DNA of 64,000 nt from Candidatus Cloacimonadales bacterium (lineage in GTDB: Bacteria > Cloacimonadota > Cloacimonadia > Cloacimonadales > JAIOQZ01), in contig OY771587.1 in the NCBI GenBank assembly GCA_963674825.1, forward strand, positions 2,144,001 to 2,208,000, in the 5' to 3' direction. The notes under the pieces were generated by a model. It was not told the origin of the DNA. It ran no database searches and worked only from the letters and a program-made list of their open reading frames with translations. Below, in pieces: positions 40,080 through 49,013 of this stretch (positions within the stretch are counted from its first letter, which is position 1; every line of letters starts with the position of its first letter). The translations under genes and the position numbers were made by a program.

Positions 40080-40113
40080 AAAACCGCCGGGTGACATTCA
40101 TCCGGCGGTTTTT
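40080..40113. terminator. Bidirectional terminator
   Basis: AAAACCGCCGG..CCGGCGGTTTT between convergent genes. Confidence 0.75.
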
Positions 40114-40128
40114 CATTTCGTGTGAAAA

Positions 40129-40653
40129 TCAATCGTTATAGAAGCCGCAACCGATGAACATCTCCATCTCGCCGGGACGCTCGATAAAGGCACGCTTCGG
40201 TTTGATTTCGCCGGTTCCGGGATAGGGCCAAAGGTAGCTGATCCAGCCGGATCCTTTTTCTTTGGCGATATTGACCATTTCGGCGATCATCTTCACGCCG
40301 TCGGCATCCTCTTTGTCGATCAGATTCTTTCCGATCAATTCGGGGGATGCTTCATGCGCGATGACGGTTCCATCCAGATTATAGACGAAAAGGTAGTATT
40401 CACCTTCCACAAACTGGCCCTTGATGTCGTCGAATTGTGCGAAGACAGCCTGACGGCCTTCTTCGGTAGTGCCTTGTTCCAGCATCAACGCGACAGCTTT
40501 CTCGACAAGCGCCATGACGGCGGTATCGCGTGCTGAAAGCGTATCGGGTTTAGCGATTTCTTCTTGTTTGGGCTCGGCCTGCTGTTTTTGCGCTTGTGTA
40601 CAGGCACCCAGAAGAAGCAAAATGGACAGAAAAACGATTAAATACTTCATCAT
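40129..40653 (-). CDS. Stand-alone single-Cache-domain lipoprotein
   Basis: Lipobox LLGAC; YLFVY..DG..IAH...LIGKN...DADG; GWISYLWP..G..KPK; IGCGFY. Confidence 0.8.
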   Translation of the reverse strand: MMKYLIVFLSILLLLGACTQAQKQQAEPKQEEIAKPDTLSARDTAVMALVEKAVALMLEQGTTEEGRQAVFAQFDDIKGQFVEGEYYLFVYNLDGTVIAHEASPELIGKNLIDKEDADGVKMIAEMVNIAKEKGSGWISYLWPYPGTGEIKPKRAFIERPGEMEMFIGCGFYND

Positions 40654-40805
40654 AACTCCTTTTTCGTGTCGTATGCAAATATTCTATGCTAATAATGACT
40701 ATTCACGCTTTCGGTTGTCAACGTCTTTGTTTTGCGTCGAAATTTCTTGACGTTCTCTTTCGTATCAACCAGCAATAGAATCAATGAGCAATCCTGGAGG
40801 TTACG

Positions 40806-41882
40806 ATGCAAAAACACTTGATATTTCTTATTCTACTCTCACTGATCCTTATGCCGCTGATGGCAAAAAGCTACGCCGAATGGCAGACCAGCATGGGCAG
40901 CTTCCGCTGTATTCTGCACGAGGATCTTGTACCTATTACTGCAAATAATTTCATCGATCTGGCTCGTGCGAATTTTTATGATGGACTAATCTTCCACCGC
41001 GTGATCGAGGATTTCGTCATTCAAGATGGATGCCCTAACGGTAACGGAACCGGTGGTCCTGGCTATTCGATCCCGGATGAATTCTGCGAAGAGCTTCGGC
41101 ATGACGGTCCTGGCGTTCTCGCGATGGCTAACGCCGGCCCCAACACCGGCGGCTCGCAGTATTACATCACACTTGCGGCAACGCCATGGCTGGACGATAG
41201 CTATTCAATCTTCGGCAATGTGATCACGGGACTTGATACCGTGATGGCAATCGGATCCGTTGAGACCAACAGCAACGATAAGCCGCTCGTCGATGTCGTC
41301 ATCGACAGCATCCGCATCTTCGATTTCCAGATCAACGGTATTTATCCAGAGGAATCCGTTCTCACCTATCCAGAGAACACAGCGCTGTACTTCATGGTTC
41401 TGGCAACCGGATATGAACTGACACCGATTTACGAATGGACGATCAATGGCGAGTATGTCGGAAACAGCTTCAGCCTGAACCATACTTTCACCGAAGGTGG
41501 GGAGTACGAGGTTGTATGCACAGTCTCCGATGGCACATACGCAGTCGACACAAACTGGCAGATCACAATTGAATCCATCGCGAATGACGACGAGACGGTA
41601 ACGCCGGCAGCGCAAGCATTCCAGATTGTTCCGAATCCGTTCAATCCCGAGACATCCGTGGCGTTCAATATGGAAGAACCCGGTCAGGTGCGGATCGACA
41701 TATACAACACCCGCGGTCAGAAGGTGCGCAGCCTGGTTGACGGCAGAATGGAACGCGGTCAGCAGAATGTCCTTTGGAATGGCCGTGACGATCGCAATCA
41801 ACCGGTGACTTCCGGAGTTTATATGATTCAGCTGGTACGTGATGGGCAGTCGTCTGTGCGTAAAGCTCTGATGCTGAAATAA
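40806..41882 (+). CDS. Secreted cyclophilin-type peptidyl-prolyl isomerase fused to PKD-like domain and CTD
   Basis: FYDGLIFHRVIEDFVIQDG, MANAGPNTGGSQYYIT, WLD; HTFTEGGEYEV; VPNPFNP CTD. Confidence 0.9.
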   Translation: MQKHLIFLILLSLILMPLMAKSYAEWQTSMGSFRCILHEDLVPITANNFIDLARANFYDGLIFHRVIEDFVIQDGCPNGNGTGGPGYSIPDEFCEELRHDGPGVLAMANAGPNTGGSQYYITLAATPWLDDSYSIFGNVITGLDTVMAIGSVETNSNDKPLVDVVIDSIRIFDFQINGIYPEESVLTYPENTALYFMVLATGYELTPIYEWTINGEYVGNSFSLNHTFTEGGEYEVVCTVSDGTYAVDTNWQITIESIANDDETVTPAAQAFQIVPNPFNPETSVAFNMEEPGQVRIDIYNTRGQKVRSLVDGRMERGQQNVLWNGRDDRNQPVTSGVYMIQLVRDGQSSVRKALMLK

Positions 41883-41902
41883 TCCTGATAAATATCATTG
41901 AT

Positions 41903-41929
41903 GGCAGGCAGCACCGCCTGCCTTTTTTT
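41903..41929 (+). terminator. Intrinsic terminator
   Basis: GGCAGGC/GCCTGCC stem + T-run. Confidence 0.7.
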
Positions 41930-43481
41930 AAAGCTTTTCCAGTTCGTCAAACTCGAACATCATGGTTGTGTCAGTGTAATTTATCATATTGATATCACCC
42001 TGATTACGGTATTTTTGCAGAATACCTTCGATGCGGTGGACGGCATTTTCAATGCGCTGAAAGTATTTGGCCTTTTGTATATCTTCCAGATTGAGGCGGC
42101 TTTTCAACAGCTCCAAATTGCCATGAATGATCATTAGCGGCTGATTCAACTCGTGGTTAGCCGTTACGGCCATGGCCATGATGGAGCTCTTGCGTTCCAG
42201 GATACGAATGGCGTCCTGTGACTGCTTCAGTTTGTCGTACGCCTGTTGCAGTTCGAGGTTCATCTTCTCCAGATCTTCAGTCCGTGCGCGATAGAATTCG
42301 GCCTCCTGGACTTTCTTCTCCATGTCGTAACGCACCTGCATGTCGGCAAGGCTCGACGCGAGGTCTTCTGAGAACTTTTTCTCCTGGAATTCTTGGATTT
42401 TCATCAGGATTTCGGCTTGCTTCTTATAGTCCTTCTGGATCTTGTAGAGACTTGAAAAGCTTTTATATACAATGATGTAGAATTCATTCTGGTCGATATC
42501 CCTTGCCAACGCGAGCGCTTTATTGAGCCATCCGGTTGCTTCCTCGACTCTATCGGTGACCATGGCTAACGAGCCCATCGCATCATATCCGCGTAACAAC
42601 CATTCGCGGTAGTCTTTTTGCTTTGCGAGATCGATCGCTTTCAAGATATCGATTTCTGAATTTGCGTAGTCCTGGACGTCGTGATACAACAATCCTCGAT
42701 TGAGGTAAGCCACGGTCAGTTGGTTGCCACGAGTTGGGATGGTTTTCAGGGTTTCGATGCTCTCGTTGATCAGTCTCATGGACTCTTTGAAATCATCGAA
42801 AGACTTGTATACCGTGCTGAGATTGATCTTGATACCGGCAGCAGCGCCCTGATCGTTCAACTCCTCGGAAATTTCGAGTGCGCGTAGGCCATATTCCTTT
42901 GTCTTATGGTAGTCTTTCATGCCCATGTATGCCAGTTGGATGTTCCAACAGGCATTTCGTATCGTATGAGCATCGTCGATTTCTTCGCCTAATGCGAGTT
43001 GTTGAAAATACAATGACAGAGCTTGATTGAGATTCCCGATTCTACCCTGGCAGTTTGCAAGATTGTTCAGCAGGGATGCGATGAGTTCTTTATCTTCGAG
43101 ACGATTCGCTGATTCGAGCCCCTTCTGGAGGACTTCGATTTCATCGGTAAAATATTGCGTGCGGCAATATATCCAGCTAAGCGCCATGGCCGATTTTGCA
43201 ATCAGCTCATCGTCCTGTTCCGCCTCGGCAATCTTCATCGACTGTATGTGCAGGTTCAGCATCTTCTGCAAGTCTTGCTGATGCACATAGTAAAGTCTCC
43301 CGAGCTGCGGGATCAATTCTCGCTGCTCTGCGGTTAGGTCGGATTCAATCGCGAGTTCCCAGGCTTCCTCGAAGAGTTCGATAGCTGCTACAGGATTCTC
43401 TTCTGCTTGTAATATACCGCCGTCGATCAATTGACGAACTCGAGAATCGGAATTGTTCCCGGCTTCATGGTTGTTTTCCAT
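41928..43481 (-). CDS. Cytoplasmic TPR protein with C-terminal HisKA-like DHp, no ATPase domain
   Basis: TPR-like repeats (LLNNLA, YLNRG); NHELNQPL about 70 aa from the C-terminus; no N/G/F boxes. Confidence 0.8.
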   Translation of the reverse strand: MENNHEAGNNSDSRVRQLIDGGILQAEENPVAAIELFEEAWELAIESDLTAEQRELIPQLGRLYYVHQQDLQKMLNLHIQSMKIAEAEQDDELIAKSAMALSWIYCRTQYFTDEIEVLQKGLESANRLEDKELIASLLNNLANCQGRIGNLNQALSLYFQQLALGEEIDDAHTIRNACWNIQLAYMGMKDYHKTKEYGLRALEISEELNDQGAAAGIKINLSTVYKSFDDFKESMRLINESIETLKTIPTRGNQLTVAYLNRGLLYHDVQDYANSEIDILKAIDLAKQKDYREWLLRGYDAMGSLAMVTDRVEEATGWLNKALALARDIDQNEFYIIVYKSFSSLYKIQKDYKKQAEILMKIQEFQEKKFSEDLASSLADMQVRYDMEKKVQEAEFYRARTEDLEKMNLELQQAYDKLKQSQDAIRILERKSSIMAMAVTANHELNQPLMIIHGNLELLKSRLNLEDIQKAKYFQRIENAVHRIEGILQKYRNQGDINMINYTDTTMMFEFDELEKL

Positions 43482-43689
43482 GTTTCTCCCGTGCATTGGA
43501 TTTACTCGAAGCTGCCCACATTGAGGTTTTGTACCTCTGCAAAAAATTCACAAACAATAATGTAATCGTAAAAACAAGCTTGTCCAGAGATTCCACAGCA
43601 AGGCATTAAAAAAATGTCGGGAAAAATGCATTGACATATGAACCACTTTGGCGTTTAGCGCTTCTCTATCAGACAATACTGGAGGAATT

Positions 43690-44931
43690 ATGGCGGAACT
43701 CGAATTCGGGCGCATCTCAAGCGCCGAAGCAATGGAACTGGAAGAACGCTATGGCGCTCACAACTACCATCCACTGCCCGTTGTCATCGCAAAGGGCGAA
43801 GGTGCTTGCGTGTGGGATCCGGAAGGAAATAAATACTATGACTTCCTTTCGGCTTATTCCGCGGTCAACCAGGGCCACTGTCATCCGAAGATTATCGACG
43901 CTCTCGTTGAACAGGCTAAAGTGCTGACCCTGACATCCCGTGCTTTCTTCAACAATCGTCTCGGCGAATACGAAAAATTCGTGACCGAGTTTTTCGGCTT
44001 TGATATGGTACTTCCCATGAACACCGGCGTGGAAGCGGTTGAAACCGCGATGAAGCTCAGCCGCAAATGGGGCTATGTCAAGAAGGGTATTCCTGAGAAC
44101 AAGGCAAAGATCATCTTCTGCGAAGAGAACTTCCACGGTAGAACTCTCGCGGTCATCTCGGCCTCTACAGACCCGGACGCTTACGGCGGATTCGGACCCT
44201 ACATGCCGGGAATCGTGAAGATACCTTATAACAATCCTGAAGCGCTCGAGAATGTCCTGAAAGAGATCGGTGACGAAGTCTGCGCATTCATCGTGGAACC
44301 TATCCAGGGTGAAGCTGGCGTTAACGTTCCGGACGAAGGATATCTCAAGAAATGCTACAACATCTGTAAAGCCTACAACGTCCTTTTCGTTTCAGACGAA
44401 GTACAGACTGGTATCGCACGTACCGGTAAGCTCCTCGCGAGCGACTGGGAAGAAGTAAAGCCCGACATTCTTGTGCTGGGTAAGGCTATCTCCGGTGGTG
44501 TTCTTCCTGTTTCGGCCGTACTGGCAAACAAGGACATCATGCTGGTCATTAAGCCGGGTGAGCATGGCTCTACCTACGGCGGATTCCCGCTGGCATGCGT
44601 TGTGGCAAAAGCTGCGCTGGAAGTGGTTCGTGACGAAAAGCTCACCGAAAGAGCACAGGAATTGGGCGAATATCTTCGCGCTGAACTGCGTAAGATCGAC
44701 AACCCGATGCTCAAGGTAGTCCGCGGTAAGGGTCTGCTGAATGCGATCATCGTGGAACCGAAAGATGGCGTGGAAGCTTGGGACGTCTGCCTCAAGCTCA
44801 AAGAAAAAGGCCTGCTCTGCAAGCCGACCCACCGTCACATCATCCGTCTCGCACCGCCGTTAGTTATCTCCAAAGAGCAGCTCGACGAATGCGTGCAGAT
44901 TATCAAGGGCGTCTTTGACGAACTGAGTTAA
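43690..44931 (+). CDS. rocD: Ornithine aminotransferase
   Basis: [55 protein letters not shown]. Confidence 0.95.
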   Translation: MAELEFGRISSAEAMELEERYGAHNYHPLPVVIAKGEGACVWDPEGNKYYDFLSAYSAVNQGHCHPKIIDALVEQAKVLTLTSRAFFNNRLGEYEKFVTEFFGFDMVLPMNTGVEAVETAMKLSRKWGYVKKGIPENKAKIIFCEENFHGRTLAVISASTDPDAYGGFGPYMPGIVKIPYNNPEALENVLKEIGDEVCAFIVEPIQGEAGVNVPDEGYLKKCYNICKAYNVLFVSDEVQTGIARTGKLLASDWEEVKPDILVLGKAISGGVLPVSAVLANKDIMLVIKPGEHGSTYGGFPLACVVAKAALEVVRDEKLTERAQELGEYLRAELRKIDNPMLKVVRGKGLLNAIIVEPKDGVEAWDVCLKLKEKGLLCKPTHRHIIRLAPPLVISKEQLDECVQIIKGVFDELS

Positions 44932-44954
44932 ATAATACGAATTAGGCTACTCAT

Positions 44955-44986
44955 AGCTCCTGTTGCTAACGCAGCGGGAGCTTTTT
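44955..44986 (+). terminator. Intrinsic terminator
   Basis: AGCTCCTGTTGC/GCAGCGGGAGCT stem + T-run. Confidence 0.7.
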
Positions 44987-45001
44987 CACTTATTGAAAGC
45001 T

Positions 45002-46774
45002 TCATCTCACCAGCAGAAGCTTTTGGGCTTGCGTTCTGCCGGCGTATTTGGCCATGCAGAAGTAAACGCCAGAAGCTACGGGCTGGTTTCTATCGTCCGT
45101 ACCGTTCCAGGTAATTGGCTGGTTTCGTTGTGCATCGAAGGTGTCGTTATATAATGCGCGAACGCGTTGTCCCTTAACGTTATAGATTACCAATTCCACG
45201 TTACCGGGATTCGCGATGGAAAGGCTGATTGATGAGCCTGGCCTGTATGGGTTCATCATTGAAATGGTTATGCCATGATCGGGATTGGTGATCTCCAGCG
45301 GAGCATCCCAAGGATTCTGATTCTCGTAGCAGCCGATATCAATCCGGTCGTTCACGATGCGATCGAACCCTGCCAGATCAAGCGGCGTCGATTCATAATG
45401 ATCGATGTTTGGTGTTCCGCTGTCGATGGCGATTGATCCCGCAATAATGTTGTATGGATATTCGCTGCTGGAATCGAACAGCGGGTCGCCGACGATGATA
45501 TTCTCATGCTCGATGTCATCGGGTACGATAGCTGTTCCGCCGACACCGTTGATGCCATCCTGAAGAAGGCAGTAATAGAAGCTGGGCTTGCCTGTGGTTT
45601 CGTTTTCCTGATAGTAAAAGCAATCGTCAGACGCAGTATTTCCCCAGATCAGACTGTTGTAGAAATAAGAGGTAGTTCGTTCGGAGTAATAAACACCTCC
45701 CAGAAGGGCTTCGTTATCTGCAAAGGTACAACTGAAGAACGAAATTGTATTGGTCGCCTCACCGAAGAAAACACCACCGTAGCTGGCTTCATTGCCGGCG
45801 AAAAGACAGTTTACGATACTGTGATTGCTATTGATATAATGGATATAGACACAGCCGCCCTTTCCAGCGCTGTTCTGGAGGAATTCACAGGATTCGATGC
45901 TGTACGAACCCCATAAAACCTGAATACAGCCGCCTTGGTAGCCATAATTGTCTTCAAATCGGCAACCTGAGAAATCTGTTTCACAGAAATCCAGGCTGAC
46001 GGCTCCACCGTTTAAATCGGAGCTATTGCCGATGAAATCGCAGTTATCAAATTGAAGGACGCAATTCAGTGCCAACACTCCTCCCCCCGCACCTGGTGCA
46101 ATGTTCGACTGGAGTTGGCAATTGCTGATCGTTACGAGATCCCAGCACTCGCTGAGGAGTACTCCGGCACCTTCGAGCGCATCGTTGTTGGCGATACGGC
46201 AGTTATCCAGGCTCAGCGATGAGAGCTCAACGTAGATCGCTCCGCCGTCCAGTTCGGTTTCATTGCCGGTGAATACGCAGTTTGTAATCTCGCAATCGCT
46301 GAGGAGCACGCTGAGCCCTCCTCCGCAATATGCGTTATTACCTGAGAAGCGGCAGTTATCGAGACTAAGATAGCTCGTGTCGCGCGCGAGGATAGCTCCG
46401 CCGATATAATAGTAAGGATCGTTGAAACCATTGACGTTCTCGAATACGCAATAGGAGAAAGTTCCTGATGCGCCTATCATCCGAATGCCGTTCCAGCCAT
46501 CCGCCGATTGTGATACAAACCGGATCGAGTCCTGCGGTTCTCCGGTGGCTGTAATGAATCCTTCGGACGTGAAGGACGTGTTTTCATTGAAGATTACGTA
46601 CGTTCCGGGCTCAATGGTAAGATGAGCGCCGCGATCGAGATTGATATTGCCAACGACGAAAACGGTATCTGCCTGCCAGACGTTGTTATTGCCGAGTGGT
46701 CCGCTAACTTCGATACTTTCCGAAAACAACATGACGGTAATTGCAATCAGGATTATGGTTATTATCTGTTTCAT
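45002..46774 (-). CDS. Secreted right-handed beta-helix (Pmp-like GGA(I/V) repeat) protein with variant CTD
   Basis: Repeated NCxFxGNxAxxGG(A/G)(I/V); IDIGCYE; MMNPYRP...YNVKGQ...QKLLLVR. Confidence 0.8.
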   Translation of the reverse strand: MKQIITIILIAITVMLFSESIEVSGPLGNNNVWQADTVFVVGNINLDRGAHLTIEPGTYVIFNENTSFTSEGFITATGEPQDSIRFVSQSADGWNGIRMIGASGTFSYCVFENVNGFNDPYYYIGGAILARDTSYLSLDNCRFSGNNAYCGGGLSVLLSDCEITNCVFTGNETELDGGAIYVELSSLSLDNCRIANNDALEGAGVLLSECWDLVTISNCQLQSNIAPGAGGGVLALNCVLQFDNCDFIGNSSDLNGGAVSLDFCETDFSGCRFEDNYGYQGGCIQVLWGSYSIESCEFLQNSAGKGGCVYIHYINSNHSIVNCLFAGNEASYGGVFFGEATNTISFFSCTFADNEALLGGVYYSERTTSYFYNSLIWGNTASDDCFYYQENETTGKPSFYYCLLQDGINGVGGTAIVPDDIEHENIIVGDPLFDSSSEYPYNIIAGSIAIDSGTPNIDHYESTPLDLAGFDRIVNDRIDIGCYENQNPWDAPLEITNPDHGITISMMNPYRPGSSISLSIANPGNVELVIYNVKGQRVRALYNDTFDAQRNQPITWNGTDDRNQPVASGVYFCMAKYAGRTQAQKLLLVR

Positions 46775-48741
46775 TTTACGTACACCGCCTTCATGAGATT
46801 CTGCTGGTTCTTGCCGTCAATTGCCTTGATCAGGTAAACTCCGCTTGCCATGTGGCTCATATCGTAAATCCAATGATCTGTATTAAGGTGATCTTCTTTC
46901 ACGATGCGTTGTCCACGGATGTTGTATATCCCTACGCTTTCAATCGAAATATCTCGGTTGTTAATCTTCACATGCAGGTTTGAACCGGACAGATAGCTGT
47001 TGATCGCAGAGGTGACTGGTTGATCAAGTTCGTTGTTGGATGCGTATTCGAATTCGAGTGTACTATACGTATGAGGATGAAACCTGGGGATGCTCTGGTG
47101 ATCGCTCAGCAGTTGCGTCTCGAAATCGTCGATAATTGTTGAGCTTCCATTATAGAACGTATACCGGATATGGTCAGCTTCCTGAACAATCTGCGTGACA
47201 TATACCGAATCGACAGCACGCATACGATCGAACATGTGTTCAGTGGGCACCACCCAAAGTCCTTTATTCTGCTGGAAATCGTCAATCATTTCCAGACATG
47301 CTTCAACATCGTCTCGAACGATCCAGCGGTTGTTTGCTTCATCGTGGTAAAGAAAACCTTCCCGTATGCTGTTGTCACCGATGAAGAAATGGGTATATGG
47401 CTGCATGAAGCCGTTCACATCGAGCAGATAGCTGAGATTCGAGTAGCTCACGTTGTGGAAGAAATCGAATATTGGCCATCGCTTATAAAGCCAGAATTCG
47501 CAACGCAGCCGCTCATAGTACCATATTGGGCGTTCTGTTTCGATCGCGTAAAGTCTATGAGGAAGCTGCTTGGGATCTTCATAACCGTTGATCTGCGGAT
47601 CATAGTTACTATTACCCACCCAGGCATAATCGATGTTTGCATCGCGAAGAATATCCATGACATAGAATTCGGATTCGGGATCCCACCCTTCTCGACAGAT
47701 TGTTTCGGGATTAAGTGCCCAGGAATGATCGATCCACATGCGGATATCATACTGTGCAAGCTCGTTGTGAAGTCCTTCTTCGAGGGCCTGCATATCATCG
47801 GTTTCCGGGCTGAACGTATGGAGGCCTATCGTGCTTCCGGATTCCTTGATATCCATCCAGAGATCGCCGATGGTGTCGTAATCGCAACCGAATATGGTAT
47901 GGCAGAGCGTGATATTATTCGGGATTAGCCCCCTGGTACCATAAATATCATCCGTTTCGTCGGAAGACCCCCAAAACATTGCCCTGGTGAAGCTGCGATA
48001 TTGTGAATCAGCGTCGTTCGTGATCGCGAGCGCGGCTTTCTTTCCTTCAGGATAAGGATTGAGGTAGGGCATCAATGGCTTCGACTCTGTAATGATGAAC
48101 TGGTAATCGAGCGTTTCGCCTGCCTGCATTGGACGCCAGCCTTTTCGGTGCCCCCAATAGGTTGTAAAGTTTGCCCAATGATGGTACGAATGATAGAAAT
48201 AGAGCGCATCCTCGTAGTACATTTCGATTCCGGGTGTGTCATCGATGTTTGATGCGATGATGCCGAGATGTCCGTCTGAAAACTGGAAATCGATATTCCG
48301 CTGCATATAAGGCAGGATTTCACGATTCTGGGAGGCGTCGTCGTACATGATTGCTTTCGCGCCATCCAGAGAAGTGTAGTTTTGATCGAATATCGGCTTC
48401 AGTCCGAGGTTCCACATGTCCAGGTCTGCCAGAGCAGTAACATGTACCTGCACTTTGTGCCAGTCATTCATGAGATATCCGTCCATATCCACCTCGATTG
48501 TGTATTCATAACCGGCAGATACATAGAATATCCTGACAATGTTCCCGTCCTGTTCCCATCCATTCAGAACGAACTGTTCGTAGTAATAGTGAGTGGGATC
48601 GATATTTCCCTTCAGAATGGGTGTAAGGCTGAATGAGACGGCTTCAGTACGAAAAGTGTTATTGAAAGAGTTATACTCCAGAGAGAAAATATGCCCAAGA
48701 CAACAAATTAATATCATTAACCAGATTATATTCTTTTTCAT
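46771..48741 (-). CDS. Secreted protein with possible NodB/polysaccharide-deacetylase-like domain and degenerate CTD
   Basis: YPEGKKAALAITNDAD, IGLHT, WIDH; IYNIRGQ...ASGVYLI; domain call tentative. Confidence 0.6.
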   Translation of the reverse strand: MKKNIIWLMILICCLGHIFSLEYNSFNNTFRTEAVSFSLTPILKGNIDPTHYYYEQFVLNGWEQDGNIVRIFYVSAGYEYTIEVDMDGYLMNDWHKVQVHVTALADLDMWNLGLKPIFDQNYTSLDGAKAIMYDDASQNREILPYMQRNIDFQFSDGHLGIIASNIDDTPGIEMYYEDALYFYHSYHHWANFTTYWGHRKGWRPMQAGETLDYQFIITESKPLMPYLNPYPEGKKAALAITNDADSQYRSFTRAMFWGSSDETDDIYGTRGLIPNNITLCHTIFGCDYDTIGDLWMDIKESGSTIGLHTFSPETDDMQALEEGLHNELAQYDIRMWIDHSWALNPETICREGWDPESEFYVMDILRDANIDYAWVGNSNYDPQINGYEDPKQLPHRLYAIETERPIWYYERLRCEFWLYKRWPIFDFFHNVSYSNLSYLLDVNGFMQPYTHFFIGDNSIREGFLYHDEANNRWIVRDDVEACLEMIDDFQQNKGLWVVPTEHMFDRMRAVDSVYVTQIVQEADHIRYTFYNGSSTIIDDFETQLLSDHQSIPRFHPHTYSTLEFEYASNNELDQPVTSAINSYLSGSNLHVKINNRDISIESVGIYNIRGQRIVKEDHLNTDHWIYDMSHMASGVYLIKAIDGKNQQNLMKAVYVK

Positions 48742-49013
48742 GCCCACCTATCCTCCGAACAAAAAATTAGTAATCCATAAATCGTCTGTCAAGAACAATC
48801 TGAGACATTTTTTGCCTGTAGAAAGGAATAATTTGACATTAGGATTCATTTCCGTGAAATTTTCATAGAGAGAAAATGGAATCATGCAATTGCAAATGCC
48901 CGGAAACTCAATCTGGCGTATAAAATGTGGTGACGGAATTGCCTGCCCAGGCTCATGAAATCGATTTTACATACAGGTATGATTACTGGAATCACGAATT
49001 CCGGAGGAACTGG

